The notes: generated from the letters alone by a model not told the origin. A stretch of 64,000 bases of DNA from Camelus ferus (GCF_009834535.1 NC_045697.1:25794001-25858000), one strand, 5' to 3'. Shown: positions 38,701-53,330, numbered from the stretch's first letter. Translations and numbers: made by a program.

Positions 38701-39401
38701 AAAAAAGAAGCTAAGTTCTTTGGGTCTATTACAAAACCATAGCAAAAAGGCGAGGAGTAAAAAGAGGAGAGAAAGAAGAAAATGAGGGAAGAATGAGGAG
38801 CAGGAGAAAAAAGCAGAGGAAGAGTAAGAAAAAAGAAGAAAATTAGTGATCACAGATTATAGGGACTCGACTCTAATAGTTCATGTCCATTGCGCTTTTT
38901 AGGGAATCTGCAGCTTCAAAAGCTAGTTCTCCCCAGTTCAGGTTTCCCAGCTATTAGGCAGCACTCCTGCATGCAAGTTGCTTTTATAATAAATGTTACA
39001 ATCACACATACTGAAAAATAAATACACATATTTGCATCACTTAAACAAAAGAGTACAATCAAGTCTCTCAAGTATTGTCTTCAGCAAGTATTCTGATAGG
39101 AAACCAATTATGCTTGGTCATAATTAAGCCAAGACCTTCTAAACTGAAACGCTGATTGGGTTATTGGGTTGCAATCTTAACACTGATGATGAATGGCCGT
39201 GATTTTGAGCCTGTTCCTTGATTTCTTTGTGCCTCAGTATACTCATCTGTAAAATGGCAATTATTTAGTAGTATATGTATGATAGGATTGTAAGACATAA
39301 AAGATTTAGGTGTTACACATAGAAAATGCTCATTAATAAATGCTACTATTATCTATTGCATACAGCCTTTTGTATGGTTCATTTTAGAACTTTGAGAAAG
39401 A

Positions 39402-39855
39402 TATCTTAGTTCAAATCCCCCAAGAAGCAAACTCTGAAACTAGGATATGGAGCAAGGAGTTTCTTTGGCAGGTAATTCTGAGAAGCACAGATAGAATGTG
39501 GAAAATTGAGTCAGGGAGGAAATGGAAGCCAGACTGAATCTGTTAATGAGCAATATGGGCATCTGGGATGCAGATCAACTGGGGACCTCTCAGTAACACT
39601 GGAGTTCCTCAGTCATCTGACCCACAGCATGAGACAGTGGGGTATTTTTCCAACATACCCCATCTGTCATTGCTTTGAAGATCTTAACTCTCTAGTATTC
39701 TCAACCTGCCTTGCACAGGGCCAGGGCCAGGCCCATGGCAGGAGAAAGCCCCAAGGCAGAGAGGTACGGGAACTTGTAACAGGAAGACAAAGGTATGCAC
39801 AAGATGGGTGAGATCCAAGGGGACACGGGCAGATCCCTGAACATGTCAATTACAC
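39402..39855 (-). mobile_element. ERVL solo LTR (LTR33-like)
   Basis: tcttagttcaaatcccccaagaagcaaactctga...gcaaggagtttctttggcaggtaattctgagaagcac...ctggggacctct. Confidence 0.7.
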
Positions 39856-40199
39856 GTATGCAATTTGTTTAGAATTCTTCTTCAGAAAGCATTCTTTCCA
39901 AAAATATTTAATAAGCATTTACTCTTCTCAAATCACTAAACTAAGAGGAATTAAAAGATAAATCAGGCAAGGCTCTTTCATTCAATGAGCTAACAGCCCA
40001 GTTAAAGCGGTGATGGGTAGACAACACTGCCGTAAGTCTCAGACTTCGTTCTTTCCTTCTTCCTCTCCATAGAAGACTCCATTCTCCAAACATCAGAAAT
40101 AATAATTTTTTTTAATTGGCCTCACTTATAAAGAGTAGAGTGAGGTCTTAGTCTTACTTTCCAAAGAGGCTGGAAATTTTCTAGTATTCCTTTGAGGGT

Positions 40200-40360
40200 A
40201 ACCATGTAGCCCCAGTCGCTTCACTTCTACAAGCCTCAATTTTCTTTATCTGTAAAACGGGGATAAGAACACCTAAGTTACAGGGTGTTTGTGAGCATTA
40301 ATTATGCCTCTAATGTGCTTGGCATTCTGCCTAGCATATAAAAAGGGCTCAACAAATGGC
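40200..40360 (+). mobile_element. MIR SINE
   Basis: gcctcaattttctttatctgtaaaacggggataagaacacct...gtgcttggcattctgcctagcatata...ctcaacaaatgg. Confidence 0.7.
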
Positions 40361-41963
40361 CATTTCTTAGCAAGCTGAGCTTTCAAACACTCATCCCATT
40401 GCCAGGCAGCATTAGGAGTTAGAAGAGGAAAACAAGAGTTTGTGGAGCCAGACACCTGATTTTATTAGAGTAGAGGAGAGATTATTTATTGAAGAGACAA
40501 ACTCAGTGTTTCCCTCTTATCTTCTCCACTCTTAGAGTTGTACCACTTATTTGAAGTGCTTCAACTTCTCTGATACCCACTCATCTCATTTGTTAAAACA
40601 GGGTGACAATACCTGCTTAACTAACCACAGGAGGATGGTGTGAGATTAGCTTAAGACAGAAATTGATGAGAAACACTTGAAAGGATACAATCTATACAAA
40701 TGGGAAGGAAAAAATGTTATTCTTAAGTGATTTACAGAAAAAAAAAGTCTTCTTACATTAACTGCCACATTTCAGTGGAGACAAATCTAGACAAAGGCAA
40801 CCTCATTTTACCAATGTCATGTGATTTATCATCAGACCAAAGACACACACTGAGCTAGATAAGCCATTAAATGTATCAAAGAGTTTATAACAGCATAAAA
40901 AATATAATTTCAGTGTTGAATCTTCCTTCAGTTTCTCCAAAGTTCTCTTACCCTAGAAGTGACCTTCGATTCTGAACTGAATCCTCAAATAATTTGATAG
41001 GATGTAAGAAAGTTTTCAGGGCTTAAACCAGTGGATCTATTCCCTGGGGGCCATCATCTAACACTCACAATAATTATGGTCCTTGTGTTTGATCCTTAAT
41101 GACACCCGAGCATGGAATTCCCAGCGGCCATTACTTGCAATTTCATTCTTAATATTTCATCAAGACCACAACAGTTGCTCCAACAGGAGGGTTAGTCAAG
41201 GGGTCATATTTGGTGGGCAGTTATGGAGTACAGGAAGCCTTTTACTGCAGAGAAACTCAAGCTCCCCACTTGTTTCTTCTCAGATCTCTCCTCAACTCAA
41301 CACATACTACCAAAATAAACTATCATTGATAGTCACTCGGTTGCATTGGTCTGGAGGCTAAGCATGTGGTTGACTGTGTACATACAAGTGATGTTACTCA
41401 CCTATAGTCCCCTGCAAGGCAGTGTAATGTAAAGTAGACCTTGTACTAGGAGTCAGGAGTGCTGGGCTCCCAACTTGCTCACCTGCTATTAATTTGTTAG
41501 TGGTTTTTTAACCTGTTAAATAGCAATAAAAATTCCTACTTGGACCACCCTATTGCAAAGACAGCAGAACCAAAGAAAACCTCTTTACCCCAAGGAAACC
41601 TTCTCTTCTCCTTTCTTCACTTTTTCTGTTACATCTAACATTTGGTTTGATGTAGAGTCGGCACTTCATAAGTGTATGTTGAGAAAGCTTTTAACACTGC
41701 ACAACAATATACAAAGATGAGATGTAACTAAATCACCTTATGCCTGATCCTTTAATTGCCCTTGCATCTTCTCTTTCTTTACATTTCTCTATTCTCAGTT
41801 ATCCTCTAAACTCACCTCAATTGCTGTTTCATGAAAAGAACAGATTGACTGCTTCAAAATTACCTGGGAACTTTCAAAGCATATAAATTACAATAAAATA
41901 TTCACCTATAGGGGAATGAATAAACAAATTTTCACATCTTCATTCACTGGACAATGGAGATTT

Positions 41964-42086
41964 GTGTGTGTGTGTGTGTGTGCAAGTGTGTGTGTGTGTT
42001 ACAACAGCTTAGCCAATACTTTAAACAACACAAACACAAAAGCCATATTTTTATACATGTATGTGTGTGTGTGTATATATATATAT
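41964..42086. repeat. (TG)n and (TG)n(TA)n microsatellites
   Basis: Seen directly. Confidence 0.85.
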
Positions 42087-42099
42087 TTTTTTTTTCTCT

Positions 42100-42506
42100 C
42101 GGTGTCCCTTCTTTCACCCCTTTAATAACAGCAGCCCTAGAGATGGCACATTTCCCAGCCGCCTGGGCCATGGATGTTGTCACATGACTAAGCTGGGGCT
42201 AAAAGGATGCAAAGAGAAGTGATACATAAAACTTCCAGTTCATCTCCTTAAAAAGGAAGCAACCTGCCCTGGAATCTCCTTTACTCTTTTTCTTTAGCTG
42301 AGAAGTCACAATGATGTGTACACCCACCTTATAACCAGATGAAGAGGCAATACAATGAGAATAGCAGAACCACCCAGGCAGAGAGCATCTCTGGATGTTG
42401 CCCCCTGTACTGAGCCACCTGCTTTCCTGGAAATAAGCATAGATACTGCTTAAGCCACTAAATTTTTATGTTTCTAAAGAAAATTTTAGCCTATTCCCTA
42501 ACAACA
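42100..42506 (+). mobile_element. MaLR LTR (MLT1I/J-like)
   Basis: cacatttcccagcc...cacatgactaag...gagaagtgat...aacttccag...ttaagccact. Confidence 0.65.
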
Positions 42507-43879
42507 TGGTATCTATAATTTCTTATAAAATAAAAGGGAAAATCATTAAATTAGTACCAACAAGATATGCCACACTTTCAATAATAGAAACAGTAAGCAA
42601 TATTTAATGCACCTACCCTACGTCTGGCCCCCAGGAAGATAGTGGAGCTGCTGTAGTAATGAAAAGATGAGCATGATTCTTGCTCTCCTGGAGATTTAAC
42701 TCTGCACTAAAACTGACATTTTTTGTTTAAATTCAAAAGAATTAAATAACTATAAGTTCCATTGCTAGAAACTGGAAAGCACAAATTATCATGGGAGTGA
42801 AAAATTAGGGAATACATTTTAATCCTCTTTCACCTTCTTCAAGTTTCTGCCAAATTGTCACTTTATCACAGGTTTGTAAATATCAGCTCCCAGTTCCATT
42901 CCTTCATTGGGCTTCACTATACTTTTTAAGTCAACAGTTTTATAAAATATCCTTATTTTCTTCCTATAAAGCTATCTCTTTTACATAAACTAATTTGAGT
43001 GAGTTTGTTTTGGGTACCAAATGCTTCCTGAGTAAATGAGGAAGATAAACTTTGCAAATGCATATAAACATTGTATTTAATTCAAATAATAACCTTCATT
43101 TTTATATAGCATGTATTTCTTTATTCAACATATGAATTTATTTTTATTTTAAAATGAGATTCTGGAGTGCCATTTCAGGCTTGAGCAATTCCAACAAAAA
43201 GAATCCAAAATGTCATTCCAGCACGCTTCCTTACAAAAATACAGTTGTTCAGCACATTGTGATTTCTAAAGCTCTTTCGCATACTCTAACACAAAATGGA
43301 AAATGATACACTGTAGAAAATAGAACTTCCCCAAGTATTTGTGTTCAAGAGCATAAACACAGTCACAACTCATACTTTTTCCAATTAATTGCTCAGGTGC
43401 TCACTTGGTGAATCACAGAAGTCCAAAACTTTCCAGCTGTATTACAAAGCCTAAAATTTCATGCAAAATGAGAATGATAATAATAGTTCCTACCTCCAGT
43501 GGTTGTTACTGGGGTTAAATGAGTTAGTATTTAAGAATAAAGAACAGTGCCAGGCATACTAAAATTTAGAAAAATTAGTAAATACTATTAATAAGGATAA
43601 AACTAAAGTCAGAACATCAGTAGTTTGTTTTTCTTTCTAACCCAGTTTTCTTTCCATTAGTGTGTGCCTGCCGGAACAGCTTGATTTGCAGTTAGAAATA
43701 GGAAAGTTTTAGACCACAGAGGATTTAACTCTTTTGATGGATTTAACTCTTCCAACTAAATATATTTTAATTAAAACCTGATTAGGTTGCTCCTTCTATT
43801 TCCCCATCACCTCTTTGACTTTCTGGTGATGCATTTCTTATCTATCATCTTGTGCCCCCTCCTCACTTGTTCTCTATCA

Positions 43880-44045
43880 CTTAATTTATGTGACCTTCAT
43901 CAGATTACTTCATCTCTCTGAAACTCAGTTCCCATCTATAAAATGGGGATTAAGAAACCTTCTCCTCGGATTTTCTGTGACATTCAGTGATGCAACACAG
44001 GGAAGTAGATATTAATTAGAGAGTTAGCTTCAATAAACATTTGTG
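43880..44045 (+). mobile_element. MIR SINE
   Basis: tgtgaccttcatcagattacttcatctctctgaaactcagttcccatctataaaatggggat. Confidence 0.7.
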
Positions 44046-44524
44046 GGAGGGGTGAAATTTCAGATATTACAGTAGACTGAAAAAGAAGTATAGGAAAAAA
44101 AAATGTGAAAGGCTGAAATTTTTCCAGCTTAAAGAATTGTATTTCTTGTTTATTAAGTATACCTTTAAAATATTTATTGTAGACATTTATATTTTTAATA
44201 TCTGAAAATGTTAATAAAACAATTAAATACATGGTGATTTTGACAATGTATTCTAAATTACCCAGTTAGCTATTAACACATTCCTATACTATAAGTTAGA
44301 TATTTTATGTATTTCAGTGGAAACTATGAGCAGTTCAGAAGAGATTACCATTAGTAACCAGAGTACAATCTTGTTTCACTACTCCAAATATTTCTCCTTA
44401 ACTTTTTTTTTCTATAAATACAATCATATAAATTTAAACACTATTTCTTATCAAATATGAATTATTTCCTGAATGGAAATAAGTATACAATGTCAAGTTT
44501 TCAACTGGTCAACATCAATTTATG

Positions 44525-47500
44525 TAGAAATTCTAGAGTGGAAAAGTGTAATAATTAAAATAAAAAATTTACTAGAGGGACTAAACAGTATAGTTGAGCT
44601 GTCAAAAGAAAGAATCAGCAGCATTAAAAAAAAAAAATAGGATCAGCAAACTTGAAGCTCGAGATGATGCAATCTGAAGAACAATGAGTAAACACAATGA
44701 TGAAAAATGAACAGTGCCTCAAAGAAATGTAGCACACGATTAAGTGCACCATCATAAATATAATGGGATTATCAGAAGGAGAGGAGAGAAAAGAGAAGAA
44801 AAAATTTGTAAAGAAATAATGATTGAAAACTTTCCCCAGCTGAATACACTAATATCCAAGAAGCCCAATGAACTATAAGTAGGATAAACTCAAACAGACC
44901 AACATCCAGACATTTCATAGCCAAAATATTGAAAGCCAAAGAGAAAGTCTTAGAAGCAGTTAAAAAAAAAAGTTGTTTCATCAATTATAAGGGACTCCCC
45001 CCTCAATAAGATAAACAGCTGATTTTTCTTTAGAAACAATGGAGTACAGAAGCCAGTGAGAGGACATATTCTAAGTGCTGAAAGTAAAATCTTATTAACT
45101 AAGAAATATACATATAGCCAAACTATCTTGTAATAATGAAAGTGAAATAAAATAATCCCTAGGCAAACCAAAGCTGAAAGAATACGTTGCTAGCAGACCT
45201 GCCTTCCAAAAAATAATAAAGGAAATTCTCCCAACTGAAAGCAAATAACACCAGGCAGAAATTAAAATCCACATTTTAAAAAGTGTGCCTATAAAGGTAA
45301 TTATACAGATAATTATAAAAGATACTATAATTACCCATTTTTCTATCCTTCTCTTAATTGTTTTTAAAAGTAATTGCATAAAACAATATAAATATAATTG
45401 TGTAGACTTAAAATACAAAAATGAAATGTATTTGATTAAAAGCAGAAAGAGGTGGGCAGAAAGAAACCTGTAAAGAGTAAGAAAATGAAGTAAGACAGTA
45501 ATAATAATCCACAGGAGGAAATGAATATAATAACCAGAAATGGTAAATAAAAATGTCAATATAATAAATTCTGTAAGTACATACTTGTTCTCCTTTCTTC
45601 TCTTAGTTTCTTTATAAGACATAGGATTATATTAAGCAATAATAACAATTTATTGTTGGGTTTTTAAGGTTACACACTCTGTATAACAACAATAGCACCA
45701 AAAAAGAGGGAAAGGAAATAGAGGTATATGAGAGAGAGTTTCTTTCAATAAAATAATTTTAAATCTGAAATGGATTTCGATAAATTGATATGTATATTTT
45801 AAGCCCTAGAATAGCCACAAAAATGGTTCAAAAATATAAATAAAAATTATTAGAAAAATTAAAATATTATTTTAGAAAATATCCACTAAATAATAAAGAA
45901 CACAGCTATAGGAGTGCCAAAACGAAAATGATATGAGATACACAGAATATAAAAAAATGGCAAATGTAAATCCAACTGTATCAATAATAACATTAAAAAT
46001 GAATGAGTTAAACAATCCAATCAAAAGCCATAGATGATCAGGTTTGATAAATAAACAATATCCACCCATATGCTGTTAACAGGAGACTCACTTTAGAGTC
46101 AAAGAAATAAAAAGTTTGAAAGTAGAAAGATAGGAGAACATACAACAGGCAAATAGCAACCATACCAGAACAGGGATGGCTATACAGAAAACTAAGCTTT
46201 AAAACAAAAATGCTGTGAAGAGAAAAAGAGTGGCATTCCATAATGAATAGAGGGTCCATTCGTCAGGAATATATAATAATCACAAACACGTATGCATTTA
46301 AATGGGCACCAGAGCACCGAAATACATGAAGCAAAAACTGACAGAATTGAAGGAAGAATAATTCAAAATAGTTAAAGATTTCAACACTCCACTTGCAATA
46401 GATAAAGAAGTTATGCAGAAGATTAACAAGAAAATAGAAGACCTGTATAATATTGCAAACTACCTATACATAGCCAGTATCTATACAATACTTCACCCAA
46501 AAACAGCAAAATGAAGTTTCTTCTCCACTGTCCATGGAACAGTCTCAGGATAGACAATACTTTAGGACATAAAACAAGCCTCAATAATGAAGCTTATTGT
46601 ATTGAAATCATGCAATGTATGTTCTCCAACCACAACTGCATTAAATTATAAATCAATACCAAAAGGAAGTTTTGAAATGCACAAATATTTGGAAATTAAG
46701 CAACACACTACCCCTAAATAATAGATCAAAGAAGAAATCACAAGTGAAATTCAGAAATACCTTGAGATGAATGAAAATGAAAACACAACATATAAAGTTT
46801 TATGGACTGTAACTACACAGGGAGATATTTGTAGCTGCAAATGCCTACATTAAAAAAGAAGAATGAACTCAATTCAATAACCTGACCTTCTACCTTAAGA
46901 AACTAGGAAAAGAAGAGTAAGTTAAATCCAAAGAAAGTAGAAGAAAGGAAATAAAGATTAGAGGGGAAATACATAAAATAAAGGAGTGAAAATAAATAGA
47001 AAAAACATCAAAGACAAAGTTTGTTCTTTGAAAAATCAATAGAATGACAAACATTTAACTGCTCTGGCCATAAAAAAAGAGAGAGATGACTCAAATTATT
47101 AAAATCAAGAATAATATAGATAACATTACTACTGAACTTAAAGGAATAAAAAGGGAATACTATAAAAAAAAAGTATGCCAATAAATTAGATAACCTAATA
47201 AAATGAAAAAACTCTTGTAAATACTCAAACTACCAAAACTGAATGAAGAAGAAACAGAAAAAGAATAGACTATAACAAGTAAAGATTGATTAGTAATTAA
47301 AAACTTGCCACACATTGTTAAGATGACAATACTCTACAAATTAATTTACAGACTCAACACAATCCCTATCAAATTAGCAATTACCTTTTTCCCAGAAACT
47401 GACAAGGTGATACCAAAATTCATATAGAGATGTAGAAAATCTATAATAGCAAAAAAACAAAGAAAATCTTGAAAAAGAAAAATCAAGTTGAAGAACTAAC

Positions 47501-49065
47501 ATTTTATAATTTTAAAACTTGCCTCACAACTACAGTAATTAATACAGCATGGTACTTATATAAGAATTAAAACATAGATTAATAGAATAGAGCTGAGAGT
47601 CTAGAAATAAACCCATACATTAATGGCGCCAAGACAATTCAATGGGAAAAGATGTGTTTTCAACAAATGTTGCCGAGATGAGTGTATATCCACATGAAAT
47701 AAAGTTGACTTCTATCTGACACAATAAAAAACACTAAACTATTAACTCAAAATGAATCATAAAACTAATGGTAAGAGCTATAACTAGTGAACTCTTAGAT
47801 AAAAACACATTAATGATTTTTCATGATGCTGGATTAGGCCATGGTGTCTTATATATGACATCAAATCACAAGAAATAAAAAATAAGTAAATCTGACTGCA
47901 TCAAAACTAAAAAATATTGTGCTGCAAATGATACCATCAGTAAAGTGAAAAGACAACCTACAGAATGAGAGAAAACATTTATAAATCATGTATGTAATAA
48001 AGGACTTGTATGCAAACTGTATAAAGAACTATAATGAATTAAAAATAAAAAGACAACCCAAATAGAAAATGGGCAAAATATCTGAATAAAGATTTCTCCG
48101 AAGAAGATATGCAAGTGACCAATAAACAAATTAAGGAAATGCAGATCAAAACCGCAGTGACAGCTGGCAGCTGGCAGTACACAATGCAGCCTCAGAGACC
48201 ATGTGGTCCACTTCCCTTGATTGTCAATGAGGAAACAGACTAACTTGGTCAGAGTGACTGGGTGTGCTTGAGATGCTCGTATTTTCTGCCTCAGCCTCCC
48301 TCCTATGCAATCCCAGCTGGAAGTTTAGGAATGAGGAAATTCAGATAAACTTAAAAAAAAAAAAACTGGAATGAGATACCACTTCACACATAGAGTGGCC
48401 ATAAGCAAAAAGACACACAATAACAAGTGTTGGTGAGTATGTGAATAACTGGAACCTTTATACATTTCTTATGGGAATGCAAAATTGTGCAGACACTTTG
48501 GAAAACAGTTTGGCAGTTCCTATAAAGCCTAAACATAGAGTTATTATATGATCCAACAATTCTAATTTTAGGTACATACACAAGAGAAATAAAAACACTT
48601 TCATGCAAAAACCTGTACACAAATGTTCAAAACAGGATTATTTTCAACATCAAAAAGTCAAATGTCCATGAACTGATGAATGGGTAAAAAAATATTACCT
48701 GCAATAAAAGGAATGATGTATTTATATATGCTACAATGTTGATGAAACTTGGAAACACTCTGCTAAATGAAACAAGCCAGTCACATACTGTATGTTTGCA
48801 ATTATATTAAATGTCCACAACAGGAATATCTGTAGGGACAGGTGGTGGATTAGTGCTTGCTTATGACCGGGGAGGAAGGGAGAGAGGGAGAATCACAATA
48901 GAGAGTGACAGCTAACGAGTATGAGATCTCTTCTTCGAGTGACGAAAATGTTTTAAAATTAGATTGTGTTGATGATCGCACAATTCTGAATATACTAAAA
49001 TCCATTAAATTGTACCCTTTGGTGAATTTTATGGCATGTACATTTTATCTCGATAAAGATGTTCT
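44525..49065 (+). mobile_element. L1MB-type LINE: ORF1 3' part, inter-ORF, degenerate ORF2 lacking the RT domain, 3' UTR
   Basis: ORF1 end cagacctgccttccaaaaaataataaagg; EN start ataacattaaaaatgaatgagttaaacaatccaatcaaaag; C-terminal gggaatgcaaaattgtgcagacactttggaaaacagtttggcag; L1MB-like 3' end gaaaatgttttaaaattagattgtg...ttatctcgataaagatgtt. Confidence 0.9.
48161..48365 (+). pseudogene. Short poly(A)-tailed retrotransposed insert (MIR-like orphan sequence) nested in the L1
   Basis: About 190 bp of non-L1 sequence plus A13, flanked by aaaaccgcagtga / aaaactggaatga (10/13 identical). It interrupts the L1 motif aaaaccacaatgagatacc. Confidence 0.6.
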
Positions 49066-50586
49066 AAACGTGTAATAAAATGTAGTATGAGGAGAAATTA
49101 AGCCTTAGGGTAAACAAGCCTTTTTATTTTCATAAGTGAACTCTTTTTACACAAATGATAAAAAAAAATCAGAAACAAAAACATATGTATTTTTGGCAAA
49201 GACAATAATTTATAGGTCTGACTCCCTAAAAGGAATGTCGGTGTGCTAGCCAAAGTGAAGTTCATTTTTGTAAAAATCTCTATAGATTCTTTCAGGCTAA
49301 CAGCAACTTTGAGAGGTCAATCTCATGAAAGGGGAAATATTCTGAAGAGATTGGATTTTAGAGCATAAAATTGAATCCAGACAGTCCTAAACCTTTTTGA
49401 AGCATTTGAATCTGTGGAGACTTACCCCAAAGCATAGCAGTCTTCTCATTACATTATGTGCAGGTATTAGAAATGGTATATTTTTATAACCAAAAAAAAA
49501 AAAAAAAAAAGCCTTGCAAAATTCAAGGTGATTTTTTTTCTTTCACCATGTGATGAAACACCTTAGCTGCAGGTTATAATTATTTCTATGATGTTTCAAT
49601 GCCTAATTATCTGTATAGTATACTATTAGTACACATAGTTAGAAATAGCCTTGATAAGCAGTATTTTTAGGGAGCTTTCAAATCTGTATATCTATCTACA
49701 CACATGCATTACTTTGAGGAGAGACTATAGTTCAGCAGAAGAGGACACTCCAACAGTTAAGAACTGCTGCTTTATAATATCAGTGTAATCCTACATTTTT
49801 CCTGCAATTTTCAACTTTAACCCATCACAAGTCACTTGAAAATTCTGACCCCTATTTTCCTCAGTCAAAACAAAACAAAATACCCAGAGATTTGAATTAG
49901 ATAAAATTAAGAATGAACCTCCAACAGTTTGTGTTCTTAATTTTTCTCTTATCTAGACAGCAAACCATTACTTTTCATTGAAGGGAAGGAGAAGGAAGGT
50001 ATAAAGGTGTCTGTGCGTTAAGCAATGAAGGGCAAAGGGGACAGCAGCCGAGGGACTAGGAACTAAGAGTGAGGAGAATGATGGAATCCGTACCAGGAAT
50101 TTGGAGTTGAGATAAAAGTAAAGCATTCCCTATATACTAGAGGGTCCTAGGACATATTTGCCCTATTATGCATGAATATATAATGAATCACTCCAGAGGG
50201 TTGGATAACTTGGAAACATTTTGGCAGATTTCACATCAGTTACTAACATCACTATGTCTATGAAGTGGGAATTAGGTGGAACGGGGGTGAGGATGGAGGA
50301 CGGGGTAATATTTTCCCAAATGTGTATATTTTTGTATGTTTTAATTTTTTGCAACAAGCTTTATTGACTTTTAATTCATCTCCTCTCTCAAGTGTTCCCA
50401 GACTCTTCTACCACAGGCAGAATCACCCACTTTCTTCTCCGTGATTTTCACAATGGCAGGGACCATGACTAGGAAGCACTGAACACATGTAAGTCTTAAT
50501 ACACGTTCGTTGAATGGCCATTTAGATAGAATACCATTATTTCACAGATGGAATAAATGAAGAACAAGAACTTAAATAGTTGATAC

Positions 50587-50776
50587 CAGAAGAGTTGCTC
50601 AAACTGTGGTCCCTGGACCAGCATCAGCAGCATATCCAGAGAACTTGTTAGATAGGCAATTCTCGAGCCTTCACCCAGACCTAGAAATTTAGAAACTCTT
50701 GAGATGGGCCCCAGAGATCCATGTGGTAACAAGCTCTTCTGGTGATTCTCGAGCACACGCAATGTGAGAACCACTG
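50587..50776. mobile_element. MER5A hAT-Charlie MITE
   Basis: ctcaaactgtggtccctggaccagcatcagca...gaacttgttaga...cccagacct...ggtgattct...gagaaccactg. Confidence 0.85.
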
Positions 50777-52849
50777 CTCAAAGGTAACATGACTAGTATG
50801 AAACAGGAAAAATAGAGCCTTAAGTGATCTAAATAAGCTTATATTGAATTATAATATATATAAAAAACACATCCAATGCTAGATTGAATCTTTCTAACTT
50901 ATTTTTCATATCTACTTTCATATTTGTGTTCTTTAATATTACCTTTCTGGATACGTAAACTCTTTCTTTGTCATATGCTAAAATATAAAATGAAATGGCC
51001 AACTTGGAAATACTGAGTTTGCTTGTTGACAAATAAAGCATCTCATTTCCATAAGCAAATCACTTTAAACTATACATTTATAATCTGACTGATTCCAATT
51101 ACATTTAATTATATTCATTCCATGGAAACCATTATTTTATTTTCTGTGCTTTAAGTATTGGGGGCTACAACTGAAACTTCTGAATAATGGGGAGAGAGAC
51201 CTTTTCTATAATGATGATGCCAACTGTAGAGAGACTGTTGAGTCATAGTTTTTGTGGAGTCCTATCAAACACAGTTGTGTCAATATTTGCCCCTTGAAGT
51301 GCTCATTTATATGGTTTTAAAAGTTTTTCTCAAGGGAGAAGTCACTCTATTAAGGAAAACAATGTAAAGAAGTATGAGTAGGAAAGAAGTCATAGGTGAC
51401 AGTGCAATGCGGGGAAAGTATATGAGAAATCATATCAACATGGTTGCTCTGACCATAAATAGTTTTAAGAGAAGCATCTGAGTCCCCATCAGCTATCTCC
51501 CTGAAACAAAGGAAAATTCATGCTCAGACATTCAGCTTTAGAATATAAATAGTATATGACTGGGTCTCAGCCATGTTACCCCACTCTTTACTCCTTGACT
51601 CACATTGTTTAAGGATTTACTAACTTCTTTTATTATTTAATATAAAAGAATTGAATTCAACATAAGCACATAAGAAACACCAGGAGAAAGGAAAGGAGCT
51701 TGGCATTAAAATATTCCTAATTCTAAGGTTTTCCACATCTAAAACAAAATGAGATTTGATTAAACATTCACTTGCAGTGGACACTGCACAGTTTCCAAGG
51801 TGTGAACCCCGACGTTCACTAAGGGAGGCTGCAGGCTTTAAGGTAATGCATCCCTTTGCTTCTCTGTACTTGCCATTCCACCTGAATCATGCTTCTGCCT
51901 TTATTAAAGTAAATTTCATGTTCCTTCAAACTTTCCCTTTAGCGAGACTAAATGATTACTGAAAAATGGATAATTCTTTACCTCACAAATGAAGAAAATA
52001 AGCTACATAAATATAATCATGCACTTAGCATCGGAACATTGACTTCAGATCCAAAAATAAAAGCTGGTTTTCCTTTTCTTTGTTGTTGGTTAGATTTTTG
52101 TTGTTGTTTTGTTTTTACTTTTCTCCTCATTCTAACTCTATTTCCAGTGAGTAAGTTTGCTTCTTGCCTCCTGATTGAAAACTAAAATTTCCTATTTGGC
52201 TAAACTATAATAATATTTAACTTAATATTGTCCTTTTACCTTGATTTTTAACTTTAGGAAGTATGTGCCTGAGTATACATTTTAGTTTATACCAATGATT
52301 TTAAATTTTCCAGAACATTATTGTCACATTCATTGTCATAAGAGTATACAGAAAACATGTTTGATGTTTATTGTGCCTTAATTTTAAGAAATAATGAGTG
52401 ATCTTGTGGAAAGAGACTGACACTGAAATCAGGAGACCTGCATTTGATTTTTGTGGACTGAGATTTCATTTCTTCATTTGTGAAATGGAAATGATATTAA
52501 CTACTGGGCAGAACTGAAATGTATGGACTTACTTCAGCCAATAGCTACCATGTAAGAGAAACTCAAGAAAGAAAAGCAGAACCTGAAACACACAGAACAT
52601 ACTGGATGGACTCAAAGTTTAAATCAGAAGACAGTAAACTGTGATTCTATTCCACTACCACTTAAAGTAGTCAAACAATGTTTATCCCAGCAATATGCAA
52701 AGACTTGAATATAGTTCCATATTGAGTCATAACTGAGAAATTTCAATAATTTCATCCATAGACTAAACTTATTAAAAAAGAGACGCAGTGAGGTTCTACC
52801 TGCAAACCATATACTGTAAAGACAGCTATCTCTGATAATTTGGAGATTA

Positions 52850-53330
52850 TATTTATTCATTAAACAGATGTTTTGTGAGCACAAACAATATACTGAGCCA
52901 TGGGTGATGTAGACAAGGGCCCTGCTATTAGAAGACCTATGTTACAAAAGTAGGAGATGAGCATAAACAAGTATGGACGCAACAGGTAGTTCACACGTGC
53001 ATTTCGAAAAACACCAGCTAAGGAAGGAATTGCTGGAGAGGTAACGCTTTACAGCCAGGTAAAGAATCTCAAGGCAGATATTCCAACAGGGCAACAGCTA
53101 GTGCAAAGCAAAAGACAGGAATTCAGCACACCAGAGGAACGGAAGGAGGCCCAGTGTGACCCCAAGAGGACGGAGTAGGGGTCAGGGAGAGGGCTTCACA
53201 ATGAGGACCCAGTGGAAGGCCAATGGAAGGACGTGGCAGGGTAGAAAACCTTGTAAGGACCTCGGGCTCTATCCAAGGTACAGCAGGGTACCACTTCAGG
53301 CTACTCATCAAAAATGAGGTGACCTAACTG
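52850..53330 (-). mobile_element. L2 LINE 3' fragment
   Basis: ttattcattaaacagatgttttgtgagcac...attccaacagggcaacagctagtgcaaag...aaggaggcccagtgtgac...ccttgtaaggac. Confidence 0.6.
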
